Assembly (NCBI GenBank): GCA_973895155.1
Contig: OZ316898.1
Location: forward strand, 8,543,079 to 8,607,078
DNA: 64,000 bases
Reading direction: 5' to 3'
Source of the DNA: Marsupella aquatica
Lineage: Eukaryota > Plantae > Marchantiophyta
Of the stretch, positions 1 to 11,645 are shown in pieces; the stretch's first letter is position 1; each line of letters starts with the position of its first letter. The position numbers were made by a program, and so were the translations under genes. The notes below the pieces were generated by a model. That model was not told the origin of the DNA. It made no database searches and was given only the letters and a program-made list of their open reading frames with translations.

Positions 1-1741
1 ACAGATCGGTGCATCCAGACAAGATGCACCAGTTTGAGTTAGGTTTGTTCAAAACTTTCATTGGAATTTTGAAAGATATGGCAAGTGAAACTCCTAGAGT
101 TACTTTTAAACAAAAGCCACTTGAGATCTTGGATGAAAGGATGACAGTGATTGGAGATAACCATCGATATCCAGAGTTCAGATTACTGGCATGCAAAGGA
201 AGGACAGGCTATTTCACATCTAGTGCAACATTTCAAGCATTCGAGCACAGATCTGTGCTTCAAGTTATCATACCATTGTTATTGGGAGTCTATCCAAATA
301 CTGTCGTCCAAGTTGCTATTAGCATGTGGAAATGGTATTCTGTTGCTTTCAGGACCAACGAGCATACAGAGGAGACACTTTCTAAAATGGATGCATTAAT
401 GTCTGAGTAAGTATCTTTTTGATTTACCTTGCTAAAAGACATGTTGGAATCACAAATGATGTTTATGATGAATTCATTTTAACACCAGACTTAATTTTGC
501 AAGATACTAATGTTCATATTTGGTTGTTCATAGGATGGTGAGGAAATTGATTACTGTTGTAGGGAGATATCAAAAATCAGAGTTTGAGATTGTTAAGATT
601 CACGCAATGAATCATCTTTCTGACTCCATTAGGAGATCTGGGATTCCGTGTGAATATTCTACCAACCTGTACGAGCATCTGCACATTTTGTTAATGAAAA
701 TTCCATACCGTGCTAGTAACAAGAAAGATTTTGCAAAGCAAATGACCCGGCATCACCAGAGATTGCTCGCTATTGGCAGAAAGACTTCTACATCCGTCGA
801 GGTTGAAGTCTCTCATGATAGGGAAACAACCTTGGACAAAGTATGTTTCAAAATGGATGCAAGATGCATGTTGAATTTCATTTGTGCAAGGTTTCCATAA
901 ACTTTGAACTCATTTGTTGGCCAGGTATAAGCAGCTATTTTGCTGTGATTTGCAGGTGTGAAAACAGGAGAAAATATTCTCATGGGCTCAAGAATTTGCT
1001 TCCAAATGGAATGGCTACAAAGGCTTCCCGAAGACATACCTTCAAGTGGAAGAGAACTGTTACATGCACAACCAGAGATCAAAGCGAATCTGATAATCAC
1101 TCTAGAAACGTACTCTAGAGAAAATGATTTACAGAAGTTGAAGGTACACATTTGTCTTGTGATATTGCATTTATTTAACTACAATTGTCAATGACATCAA
1201 ATATTAAGCTTTTAGACTCTTTGGCTGCACATTAACATATTTATCCTTCCCTCTTGGATGACAGGTACTTGAAGTGAAGAACGGGGTGGCTATCCCAGCA
1301 GGAGTTGGAGAAAGACTTGCAGACTGGCCTATGATTGCCCGGGCAACACCAGCATTCCATGGGAGTCCATATTTTAGCGATGTGATGATTCAAATGGAGG
1401 CAGAAGGGGATGAACCCTTGACTGAGTATGCGCAAATGAGATTGCTATTTTCGTGTGAAGTCGCTTCAACTAATGGAGATGTTGGGAGGAGAGAACTTGC
1501 TTTGGTAAGGTGGTATGATTGCAGCAAGAGACCAGAAAGAATTACTAGTTGTGTCATCTTCCGACCTGTTTCTGAAATTTTCAATGTGCAGAGCTCAAGA
1601 GATTCTTCCTCTTCAAGGAGACGGCGTAGAGATCCCTATGCCATCATTCCCATTGCCAACATCCTAAAAGCTGTCCAGCTAATTCCGTATTTTGGCATGG
1701 GGGAGCAAAGCCAATTTTTGGTGAATCATTTTAAGTTTTGA
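1..1741 (+). mobile_element. Plavaka-type transposase gene, 3' part, intron-containing, probably degenerate
   Basis: Motifs DKMHQFELGLFK and KIHAMNHLSDSIRRSG..EYSTNLYEHLH..MKIPYRASNKKD resemble Plavaka transposases. GT-AG exons are about <1-406, 534-840, ~956-1143 and 1265-1741. The phase at the ~956 acceptor does not fit, suggesting a frameshift. Confidence 0.75.
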
Positions 1742-2646
1742 ATTTGCAGCAGTAGGGAAATCATTGTTGTGACCTGTGAAGGGATAGCGGTAGGTTTAGC
1801 CCGTAGCTGGGTCTTTCACGGATCCTTCATCTTTGCACCTGATCAGAGCAGTGTCGTTGTGCCAGGAGATCATGTGCAGGTTGGGGCTCACTGTCTTCCC
1901 ATAAACCTTATATTCACACTTTTTGGATGTGTAGGAAAGGAAGACTCAGGCTCTCTTCCATGATTTTTTTGTTCATTTTTGTTCATTTTGGCTGTGAGGC
2001 TCATTCCGGCCATTTTTTTGTACTTCGATGTAATTTCTGGTCCTCTCACCTTGATCAATGACAGGAGAATGGATTGACAATATTGTACATGCAGATAAGT
2101 GAGTTGGCAGACACAGCAGCAGTGGGCAGTGCCATGTCAAGCACTAGGAGTAGTCTAGGTAGACTTTAGTGGTTCTTAGTCAGCTAGCAGTTGCAGGAGA
2201 CATGCGAAGTGCAGCATTTAAAAGGATTGCATGTGTAATCATGGTTGGATTAGTTCTTAACTTCCTCAATTACAAGAAGAAGCCCAGTTCAAAAATAGGA
2301 AGACTTTGAGAGAGGACAAGTAAAAATTTTGCCCGAGGAGCTTTGGTTTGAACTATTTGCTATTGTAAACCACAATCCACAATCACAATCCATCTGAAGG
2401 AGGTAGGTTTCGTAAGTTCTGTCCCATTCTGTCCCATAAGTAAACATATGGTAATTATTTAACCGTGTTATGTACCATTATTGATTGAAATGCACGTTGT
2501 GTGGTCTACAAGGAAACCATACAATCCCTATTTTGATTTCACCTTTCTTGTTGGAACCAGCTTTTGTTTAAGTCTAGAGAATTTAGACATGGGTCCTTGA
2601 CCCCCAAAATGATGTCAACTTTAAACTATCAATGACCAGAGCATCA

Positions 2647-2667
2647 CCTAAACCCTAAACCCTAAAC
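2647..2667. repeat. Three interstitial plant telomeric repeats (CCCTAAA)
   Basis: cctaaaccctaaaccctaaac. Confidence 0.6.
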
Positions 2668-2699
2668 ATCAAATCTCAACCTGTGAACAGAGCAGCACT

Positions 2700-3415
2700 T
2701 TTCAATGATTGAAAGTACAATGATCCATCATTGAAATGACAATGAATGAATTGTTGAAGAGGCTGAAATTAAATAACCAGGACATGATGAAATGGTGATG
2801 AAATAACAATGAATCAAGGATATGAAATGACAATGAATGACTGTCGAAGAGGCAATGAAATAATAAGGAAATGATGGAATGCTAATGAAATAACAACAAT
2901 GAAATCATGATGAAATGACATTGATATGACAATGAATTATTGTAAACATATCTACAATGAAACAACAATGATTGATCATTGAAAAGCCAATGAGTCAGCA
3001 TTGAGGTGATAATGATTTATATGTGCAAATAAGTTTACTTAAAAATGGAAACATGGTGATTCAATCATTGCAATGACAATGAATAAGCATTGAAAGGACA
3101 ATGATTTTTCAATGAAACCATGTATACTTAACAGTTGAAACTTGCTGATTCAAGGCTGATGTAACATTGAACTAATGATGAAATAATACTGATCTGACAA
3201 CAATGAAACATCATGAAATCATTGCATATTATTGTAACAATGAAAGAACACTGAAAATACAATGAATAGTCACTGATGCAATCAAGGAAAAATACAAGGC
3301 AATGATTCAACATGTAATCCTCAAATAAGCAATGATGATTGGTCAGCATGATAGGCACAATGTTACAACATTGTTTCATTGTCGTACCCCGCACAGGTTT
3401 TTTCAACAATGATTA
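2700..3415. repeat. CAATGA/TCATTG-rich degenerate repeat, possibly the subterminal region of the Plavaka element
   Basis: Many caatga, aatgaa and cattg motifs in both orientations; no credible ORF. Confidence 0.6.
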
Positions 3416-4122
3416 CACAACAAATAACTAGCACCCCAATTTCCTGATGTAACGTCGATGACTCCCATCAACTCCTTTGCATTAAAGACTAATTGAATCT
3501 GAAATTTCCATAACTGGAAATTTGATCCTAAAAACTTTGTAATGTGGGAAACGTCTTTGATCTCGGGTTTGCTACCCGTTGCTCTATCCATCTCTCTCTA
3601 TTGCTAAGCAAAACTGAACTGTTCAAGTGAACAGCAGAGTTACACTTAGGCTACGACCATGATGTGGGCCCATAACTTGTTGGAGTATTTACAGTAAAGT
3701 AAATGCTTGTATTATTGAGAAATGGGCTCAAGGCTTTATATCGTAGAGCCAAGTAAACAACATGACACATGGCATACTATAAGATTGCATGGCCTACTGC
3801 ATCCCCCATATATCGATGCATGCAACATGATTTAGTGGATACATCAAATCTAACCTACTCTATCTACTCTTCCACGTGTACGCAATCAACTCTAATGCGG
3901 TGCGGCGCCTATTATGGTGTGGCGCGGGCTATCAACTCAATTGCAGTGCGGCACCTATTATGGTGCAGTGCGGCTCGGCACAATTCTAAATAAACTGCTA
4001 TGCTAAATAAACAACACGTAGTCTAATCAGATATTATTCTGATCGGGACACCTCTACGTGATTATAGTGATGAATCAGATCAACATAAGTCATGCTATGT
4101 AGTGAGTCACGTACTTTCAACA
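3403..4122 (-). mobile_element. Truncated Ty1/Copia element: 5' LTR (3678-4122), PBS (3664-3677), gag N-terminus (3403-3591)
   Basis: On the minus strand the LTR reads TGTTGAAAG...CCAACA and is followed at once by AGTTATGGGCCCAC, a copia-type half-tRNA-Met PBS. The downstream peptide ITKFLGSNFQLWKFQIQLVFNAKELMGVID is a typical Copia gag start. Confidence 0.8.
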
Positions 4123-4359
4123 TATACATATCATGTACATATCATCCCCAGATAGGATAAAATATGTTCTTTTTGGTTTCAAATGTTTACAGAAATAAAC
4201 ATTTTATTTACATTCAAGTTTTTCAATATTGAAAGCTATTATCTGATTCTTTAAATTTAATTAATTTTTCATTTTGGTCAGGTTTGGGCAGCTACGGGCA
4301 GCTCAAGCAGAGGCAATTGAAATTAGAAGGCATAGGTTTGGGTAAGATATGGGCAACAG

Positions 4360-5950
4360 TCGCGGAACTCGACTACATTAACACTTAGCTCCGACGTCGT
4401 TGACTCCGACGCCGAGCTCCTTTATGGTCCAGGCCCGGATAGGCCATCCGGGGAGGACTTAGCACGGGGAGACTTGTGGGCAATGAGACGTGGCACTAGC
4501 GAGGCAAGGGGCCAAGCTTGGGACACACATTAAGGACTTGGACTGGCCTATGGCTGGTCGGGTCAAGGGCAAATGGGTCGGGCTCAAGGATGGCCGTCCG
4601 GACCATCGGATGGGCTTTGAGTTCTGAGGGCTTGGGAGTGAGCTCCTCTTGGGCCCAAGGCCAATGAAGTTGATGCCATTGGCAACGGACGCTTGGGGCG
4701 CAAGTTGTGGCCCGATCCGGATTGGGCCGGTCTTGGGCCCCGAGCGGAAATCAGACCTGAGGGCCTAGGCATGAGCACTGGGTTGGCCCGGTCACAACGG
4801 GCTAAGGCACTCCGCTTGCGGATGCCTATCAAGAAAGTTATGGGCGTTGCCAGTTGGTGGCGTGCCCATTATGCGCGATGGGATCCGGGTTGGGGGCCAA
4901 ATGTTTAGGGACCAAAGTTGGTCCGGGGGTAGCAGGTCTCCAAAAACATATATGAGGGGAGTGGTGTCTCCCTGGGGGTTAAGGTCGAGTCGAAGTCGTG
5001 AGCCGCGGCGGTCACGACACTAAGGGAAATCGCCAAACGGAAATGGCGATATCTTTCCAACGGGAAATCCGTTGGAAGACTTCCTGGGTTCGTTGAAAAG
5101 CTCTTGAGGAAGACTACGCCCTACTGAGCCCAGATGGGTCCGGGGGTGCCATGGATTCTCGTGGTTTGTGGGTGTTAGCTCACCCGCTTGCCAAATCCTG
5201 TCGAACAGCAGCCAAGCCGCGTTCAGCCTTCCAAGGGAGCTTGCGTTGGGGAGGGAAGGCCAAGTAGGTATGGAGGCTAAGTCCCAAGGGTGCTTGATCC
5301 CTAGACCATCAGTGGGGCGAACCGGGAGCGGTTGCTAGAATCGGGGCCGTTCTGGTCCCGACGTGTTGGGACGAGCTTGGGACAAGCTTTAGGACAAGCT
5401 ACGCTATTTGGGCCATGAGCATGTCCTGAGGTCAGGGCGGTCAGTTGGTGATGGATAGGTATGAAGGGGAACCTGGGCCGCGCCCAAGGAAGGAGTTGTC
5501 CTGGACGGACAATGGGCGTGGGTTCTGGTTCCGGCTTATGACATTGGGAGGACCTATCGCTGACCTATTTACCAACGTTTGTTGAGCTTGAGTGTGTATG
5601 CTAGACTTGGCGAGTTCTAGATCCGGAGGGGTTACTTACCGAGGTGCTTGGTTGCTTGTGCAGACAGTGAGGACCGTTGAATAACGGTCGTGTAGGTGAG
5701 CAAGTGTGGTTTCGTATAGGAGGGGCCGCAGGTCGTGCTAGAGGCACTTGGATGCTTGCTCGAGGTATTCCGTGGAGACGTTCGGACACCAAGGGCACTT
5801 AGGTGCAAGTGCTGGGATTGGTGAGGGCGCTGGGTGGCTAGGTCCACCACTGCAACTCAAGCAAGACAATTGAGATTAAAAGGAGTAGGGTTCAATATGA
5901 AAGTGCCAGAAAATCATATTTTTAAAGAAGTTTTAAAGAAGGGTTACACT
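4360..5950. mobile_element. GC-rich non-coding retroelement/LTR-like fragment
   Basis: Abrupt GC rise; purine tract GAGGGGAGTGG then TG near 4955-4966; ends GGGTTACA near 5948; no coding signal; no TSD found. Confidence 0.35.
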
Positions 5951-6249
5951 GGCTCATGCCTTTGTTGAGTTTGTAAGCTGAAGAAGTGATTTTTGGCCAG
6001 ATCGGGTGTTAAAGTGGTAGATGATTATGGTGAACATGCACAAGTTGCTATTTGCAAAACTAGATTCTATTCCACCTGGGGTTAGCTTACTAAGTATCTA
6101 CTTAGCTCTAAAATAGTCCTTTACCACTAGTACTAAGTAACTTTATTGTTGCGAAATGAACACTACGTGCTTAGGAGTTCACTTTTCGGGGATATATTGC
6201 CCTATATCTTGACTAGAGAACCTGGAGCTGCGGGGCTGTCCTCCATTTG

Positions 6250-9200
6250 TTCATATTTTGATGAACACCATGTTCTCGTTGTCCAGCGAGAGGTCCGTTT
6301 AAGTAGAGAAGTCCGAGTTTACCAAGTTTTGAGGCAAATATCTGAGTTTTTGTTCATATTTTGATGAACAGCATGTTCTCTTTGTCCTGCGAGAGGTCCG
6401 CCGTGTAAGTATAGAAGTCCGAGTTTACCAGGTTTTGAGGCAAATATCTGAGTTAGGACCTGGCACTTTGATGCAAAAGGAAGTATAGTGTCGGTGACAG
6501 CATTTCCATGCTACGAACAATCTAGAGCCAGTATTAGCAACGTTCTGGGTCGTTCGTGGCTTGGGAGATTGCTGTCACCAGTACCATTTTCCTTTTGCCT
6601 CAGGTGCCAAGATTTCCCTCGATCCGTGGAGTTTACTGGCAGCAAAGTGGAGGAGCGTCAGTGCATGAGAGTTCCACAAGCAGCAAGCTCGACGCTCATC
6701 GATGCCCGCATGGCCACTCAAATATGTCGTGCTTCGTCATTGAAAAGGTAACGCAGCTTCCAGATTGCGTGACTTTCGGTAAATGATTGACACACTTAAG
6801 AAGCGATCTTAGATCGAGCATCGATGCTAGTTTCACCGTTATAACTCCGCACCTGACGCAGGGTCGAATGGAAGAAGTCCTGGTGCACCTGGCTAAGGGG
6901 CTCGATCGCGTAGAACAATTATACGTGCTGCCGTTCTAGCTGCAGCCCACCGAAGTCGTCAATGCATGCAATCTATCCTTTCAGCGTGACCGAGAAGGAT
7001 CACATCGAGATACATTGACTAAAGCGGCGAGATGTCATCCATCTGTTCCAATCAATTTAATATCGAACGGCATGTTCTCTTTGTCCAGCGAGAGGTCCGT
7101 GGAAGTAGAGAAGTCCGAGTTTACCAGGCTTTGAGGCAAACATCGGAGTTAGGACCTGGCACTTTGATGCAAAAGGAAGTATAGTGTCGGTGACAGCATT
7201 TCCATGCTACGAACAATCTAGAGCCAGTATTAGCAACGTTCTGGGTCGTTCGTGGCTTGGGAGATTGCTGTCACCAGCTCCATTTTCCTTTTGCCTCAGG
7301 TGCCAAGATTTCCCTCGATCCGTGGAGTTTACTGCCAGCAAAGTGGAGGAGCGTCAGTGCGAGTCCCACAAGCAGCAAGCTCGACGCTCATCGATGCCCG
7401 CAAGGCAACTCAAATATGTCGTGCTCGGGTCGTGCTTCGTCATTGGAAAGGCATCGCAGCTTCCAGATTGCTGGACTTTCTGTAAACGATTGACAGACTT
7501 AAGTAGCGATCTTAGATGGAGCACCGATGCTAGTTTCACCGTTATATCTCTGCGTCTGACGCATGCAGGGTCAAATGGAAGAAGTCCTGGTGCACCTGCG
7601 TCCTACAAGCAGCAAGCTCGACGCCTCCCGCAACCCAAACTTGTTGTTCTTGGTCATTGAAAGGTAAATTGCAGCTTCCAGATTGGGGGTCTTTCTGTAA
7701 ATGATCGATTGACAGACTTAACAAGTGATCTGTAATATGTGGTATTAATTGATCATATATATAGTGAGCATTATTAGAGGGGCGGGCTATCTCATATCTT
7801 ATTCGATTAACCGGATCTAGTTTAAAACTTATTAAATGCCCAGATCGATCAGTTACCTTCCCGCAAAATATATTATGTACGCATGTAATGGGTGATTGCG
7901 TTAAACCAGAGCATCGATCCTAGTTCACAGTTCTAACACCGCAACTGACGCAGGCTCGAATGGAAGATCGAAGTGCTGGACCACCTGGTATGGCTAAGGG
8001 GCTCGTGTAGAGTTCTTCGGAATGATTCTCGCGCAGTTTTCCAGCCCTCCGAAGTCCACAATACATACAATCTACCGTTTCAGCAGGAGCCAGAAGGATC
8101 ACAGTCATCGAGAATCACTGGAGCGGCGAGATGTCCTCTCAATTCCGTCCACATACCTCTCGCTAGACAAAGAGAGCATGCCGGTTATCATATATATGTT
8201 GGAACGGATGGATGACATCTCGCCGCTCCAGTCAATCTATCTCGACGTGATGCTTCTGCCTCCTGCTCAAAGTGTATATAGATTGCAATCATTGAATTGT
8301 GGACTTCGGAGGGCTGCAGAACGGCAGGAGAATTGTTTCGAAGATCTCTGCACGAGCCTAGATAGAGCCTTAGTTACTCGGCCGGCCAAGTGGGCCATGC
8401 AGGACTTCTTTAATATATTCGATTCTGCGGTGTTAAAAATTGTGAAACTAGCATCGCTTCTCTAAGATCGCTTGTTAATGAAGCCTGTCAATCATTTACA
8501 AAAGGCCCCGCAATTTGGAAACTTCGATACCTTTTCAATGACGAAGCACGAAATATTTGGGTTGCATTGCGGGGATGAGCGCCGAGCTTGCTAGCTGCTT
8601 GTGGGACTCTTAGTGACGCTCTTCCACTTTGCTAGCAGTAAGCTCCACGGATCGAGGGAAACCTTTGGCACTTGAGGCAAAAAGAAGATCAGTGCCGGCG
8701 ACCAGTCTCTCAAGCGACGAACAAATCCGAACGCTGTAATATATCATAGCGGCTCGGAGTTGTGCGTGGCTTAGAAACTGTTGTTGATCGCTGACACTTA
8801 ACTTCGTTTTGCCGAACGAATGGACGACATCCTGATCTAGTAGAGAGGTCCGAGTCTAGCTACTAGGTTCTGATCGAGGCAAACATCGGTTTTATGATCG
8901 ACCTGGCACTTGAGGCAAAACGAAGTTAAGTGTCGATCAGTGACAGGAGTTTCCATGCGACAAACAAATCAGAGCCAGAATATAATAGCAACGTTGTGAT
9001 TTGTCTGTTGCCTGGAACATTTCTGCTGCCGGCACTGGTCATCTTATTGCCTCAAGTGCCAAAGGATTTACTTGATCCGTGGAGTTTACTGCCAGCAAAG
9101 CGGAGTCCGAGCGTCGATCAGTAAGAGTCCTACAAGCAGCAAGCTCGACGCTCCCCGCAGCCCAAACATGTCGTGCTTAATTCGTAATTGAAAAGGTATT

Positions 9201-9305
9201 GCAGCTTCCAGATTGCGGGGCTTTCTGGAAATGATTGACAGACTTAACAAGCGATCTTAGAGCAGCGATGGCCGGTGCCGGTGCGTAGTTTTACAGTTCT
9301 AACAT
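6250..9305. repeat. Cluster of diverged ~0.7 kb repeat copies in direct and inverted orientation
   Basis: Direct copies at ~6355-7040, ~7070-7600, ~7600-7725 (partial), ~7910-8150 and ~8840-9305. Inverted copy at ~8270-8830. ORFs 6488 and 7184 are near-identical translations. Confidence 0.85.
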
Positions 9306-9606
9306 TTCCATTGACATTTACAATAGAAAAGTAGTACCAATCTGAACCTGAGCAAAAGGAGTTGCTGAACATTATGTCACCACCATGCCGTGACCATAAT
9401 AATATATTAAACCATCAACGCCAGACTGAGATCGAACTAGTCAAGTTAATCTTGCTGCAACTGATTGTGTGCGAGGTGTGGGAGCATTCGGTTCACTCGA
9501 CATTAACCTGCAGGTATGGAATCCTCTAGACAGTTTGTTCAATGGCGCGCTGCTATACTCCTCTCGAAAGAAGGGGCCGATATTTGGTTGCCAATCCGCG
9601 CTTCAG

Positions 9607-9719
9607 GTTCAACATGTCACTGGCGAGCAATGCTTTGAAACGGTTAATATATAAATCGCTTAATTAACATGCGATTGATTAACCCTTTCAAAACATTTAT
9701 CGCCAGTGACATGCTGAAC
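9607..9719. other. Long imperfect hairpin (candidate pre-miRNA or tiny fold-back element)
   Basis: gttcaacatgtcactggcgagcaatgctttgaaacggttaat pairs with attaaccctttcaaaacatttatcgccagtgacatgctgaac. Confidence 0.55.
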
Positions 9720-10052
9720 AGTTAATCAATCGCACGTTAATCAATCAATCGTTTAAAAGTCCTGGCCGTTGCAGCAGGTTTGTTCGCGCGGTTTAGCTTC
9801 TTTCTTTTGAATTTCATTTGTCGCGCGTAGGCAGGCCTAGATAGACATCAGAGCGATATTGGCAAGTTATTTTTGACCAAGAGAGCTAAATTATGTGAGC
9901 TGATTGGAGAAGAACTTGGAATAGCCGATATTTATGAATAGCCAACTTATTCAAAACACAGTGTTTGCATGTACGTAGATGCCATCCGCCAGTCAGAGAT
10001 AATCCATTGCGACAAAGCTTTATGGAATGCAAGACACATCCCTTTGCAAGAC

Positions 10053-10153
10053 ACATCCCTGTACGTACTTTCGTAGATGGCAAACGAGATGGCAAAGGCA
10101 AACCAGTTCTAACCTCCTTTGCCATCGATCTACGAAACTACATACAGGGATGT
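10053..10153. other. Second long imperfect hairpin (candidate pre-miRNA)
   Basis: acatccctgtacgtactttcgtagat pairs with atctacgaaactacatacagggatgt (2 mismatches in 26), plus an inner stem gatggcaaagg/cctttgccatc. Confidence 0.55.
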
Positions 10154-11645
10154 AATTAAGTGTTCCGGCCATTTCAAGACAACCTTCTTCTTATCATTGT
10201 CCCTCCTCTTAGTTCTTCTCATCGTCATTGTGTTCTCGATCACGTTCACCAGGATCCCTTAATTTCTGACGGGTGATGTACAACGAGACCGATGTTGTCT
10301 AAGTTAATCACAATTATCTACTCTGCTCGTGGTTTGCGGATTGTTGGTACATTTTCGTGAATAGATGAGACTGTAGTTAGCTTCTGAGAACATTCTTGCA
10401 TTGAAAAACTATTTACTCTAGTGTCAATTTTGATGACGTAAAGTATGTTCAAAACTTCTGATGACTCTAGCTTCCGAGCTCAAGTACGTGTGAATAGAAC
10501 TTTTTTCCGTAGTCCAACTTGAGCTATGGAGATCGACCACCTAGGCATTTGAACGTATATCCTGTACGTACGTGACAAAGGCCCTCTCCCACGTTGTATG
10601 TAAGGCTGTCACTGGCGCATAATTTCGGAAATGGCTACATCCAAGAACGTACATTCGAAAGAAACAATGTAGTTCTCTTCAGACTGATGATGACCATGCA
10701 CTCAATAAGCATTTAAGCACATCGATCTCCCCAGGTGGAGTGTAGGGATTCCTTTGAATTTCTACCCTCGCAATGGAATAATTCAAATTGTCGAGGTCGA
10801 AGGAGAGAAAGTACAACTTGAATGTCAGCAGGAGTACTAGTAACATGCAATATGCCACGGGGTCTCATTTTTTTGGAGTTTTTCAAATCTTTTATTGATA
10901 CAGTCCTCGATCACGCAAATACATATTTCAGAAAAGGACCAGCATCCGTTCGACTACAATTAGGGGTTGATCAAAATACCAGCACACAGAAGCTTACATC
11001 TTCATACAAAATACCTATCTTCAGACTAGCTAGCCAGCTAGCCCGCTGCACGAGGCTCGGTAGGAAATCTGCTTGTTAATCGCTCGTAGTCCATGGAATC
11101 CATGGCTACCCAACTCTACTACAATGAAAATATAGCTAGCTTCACAGAGAGCAGCTTGGGGCGAACAGTTCTAATTCTCCTCATAATTATGTTGCCTCAT
11201 GTTGCACCAACTGTCTGCAATTGCGGCAGGCTGCAGCGCGCTAGTTGCATCAATATCTGACAAGAAACTGATGGATACCGATATGTTCCCAACTAAGCTC
11301 AGTCAGCCTGTAGGCACAATCATGAAGAGATTCGAGCAAGGAGGTAGCATGATACTCACCAACCAGAGTTAACATTGCAAGGTCTCGCAATGTTACCAGA
11401 AATCGGATGGAATAACACACATTCGGCGAAGCTCATTATCCGAACGTTCGAGCTCATTATAGGTACACCAAAGTAAATTCCAGGTATCAAAGCTAATCAA
11501 TCGCCCATTTGCCAGAACCTGAAATTGGCACTATATATATATATATATGGCTTCTTGATAGATGTTGCCCTTCTCAAAGCCTCCCTGTTACTGTCGTCAT
11601 GCATCTTATTGTTGAGACGGCTCCCTCACCCACTTTCTTTCCCGC

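Noticed and set aside
6488-7660. Duplicated small ORFs (MSVTAFPC...) as genes
   Set aside because: Non-ATG starts, frames not conserved between repeat copies, no recognisable domain
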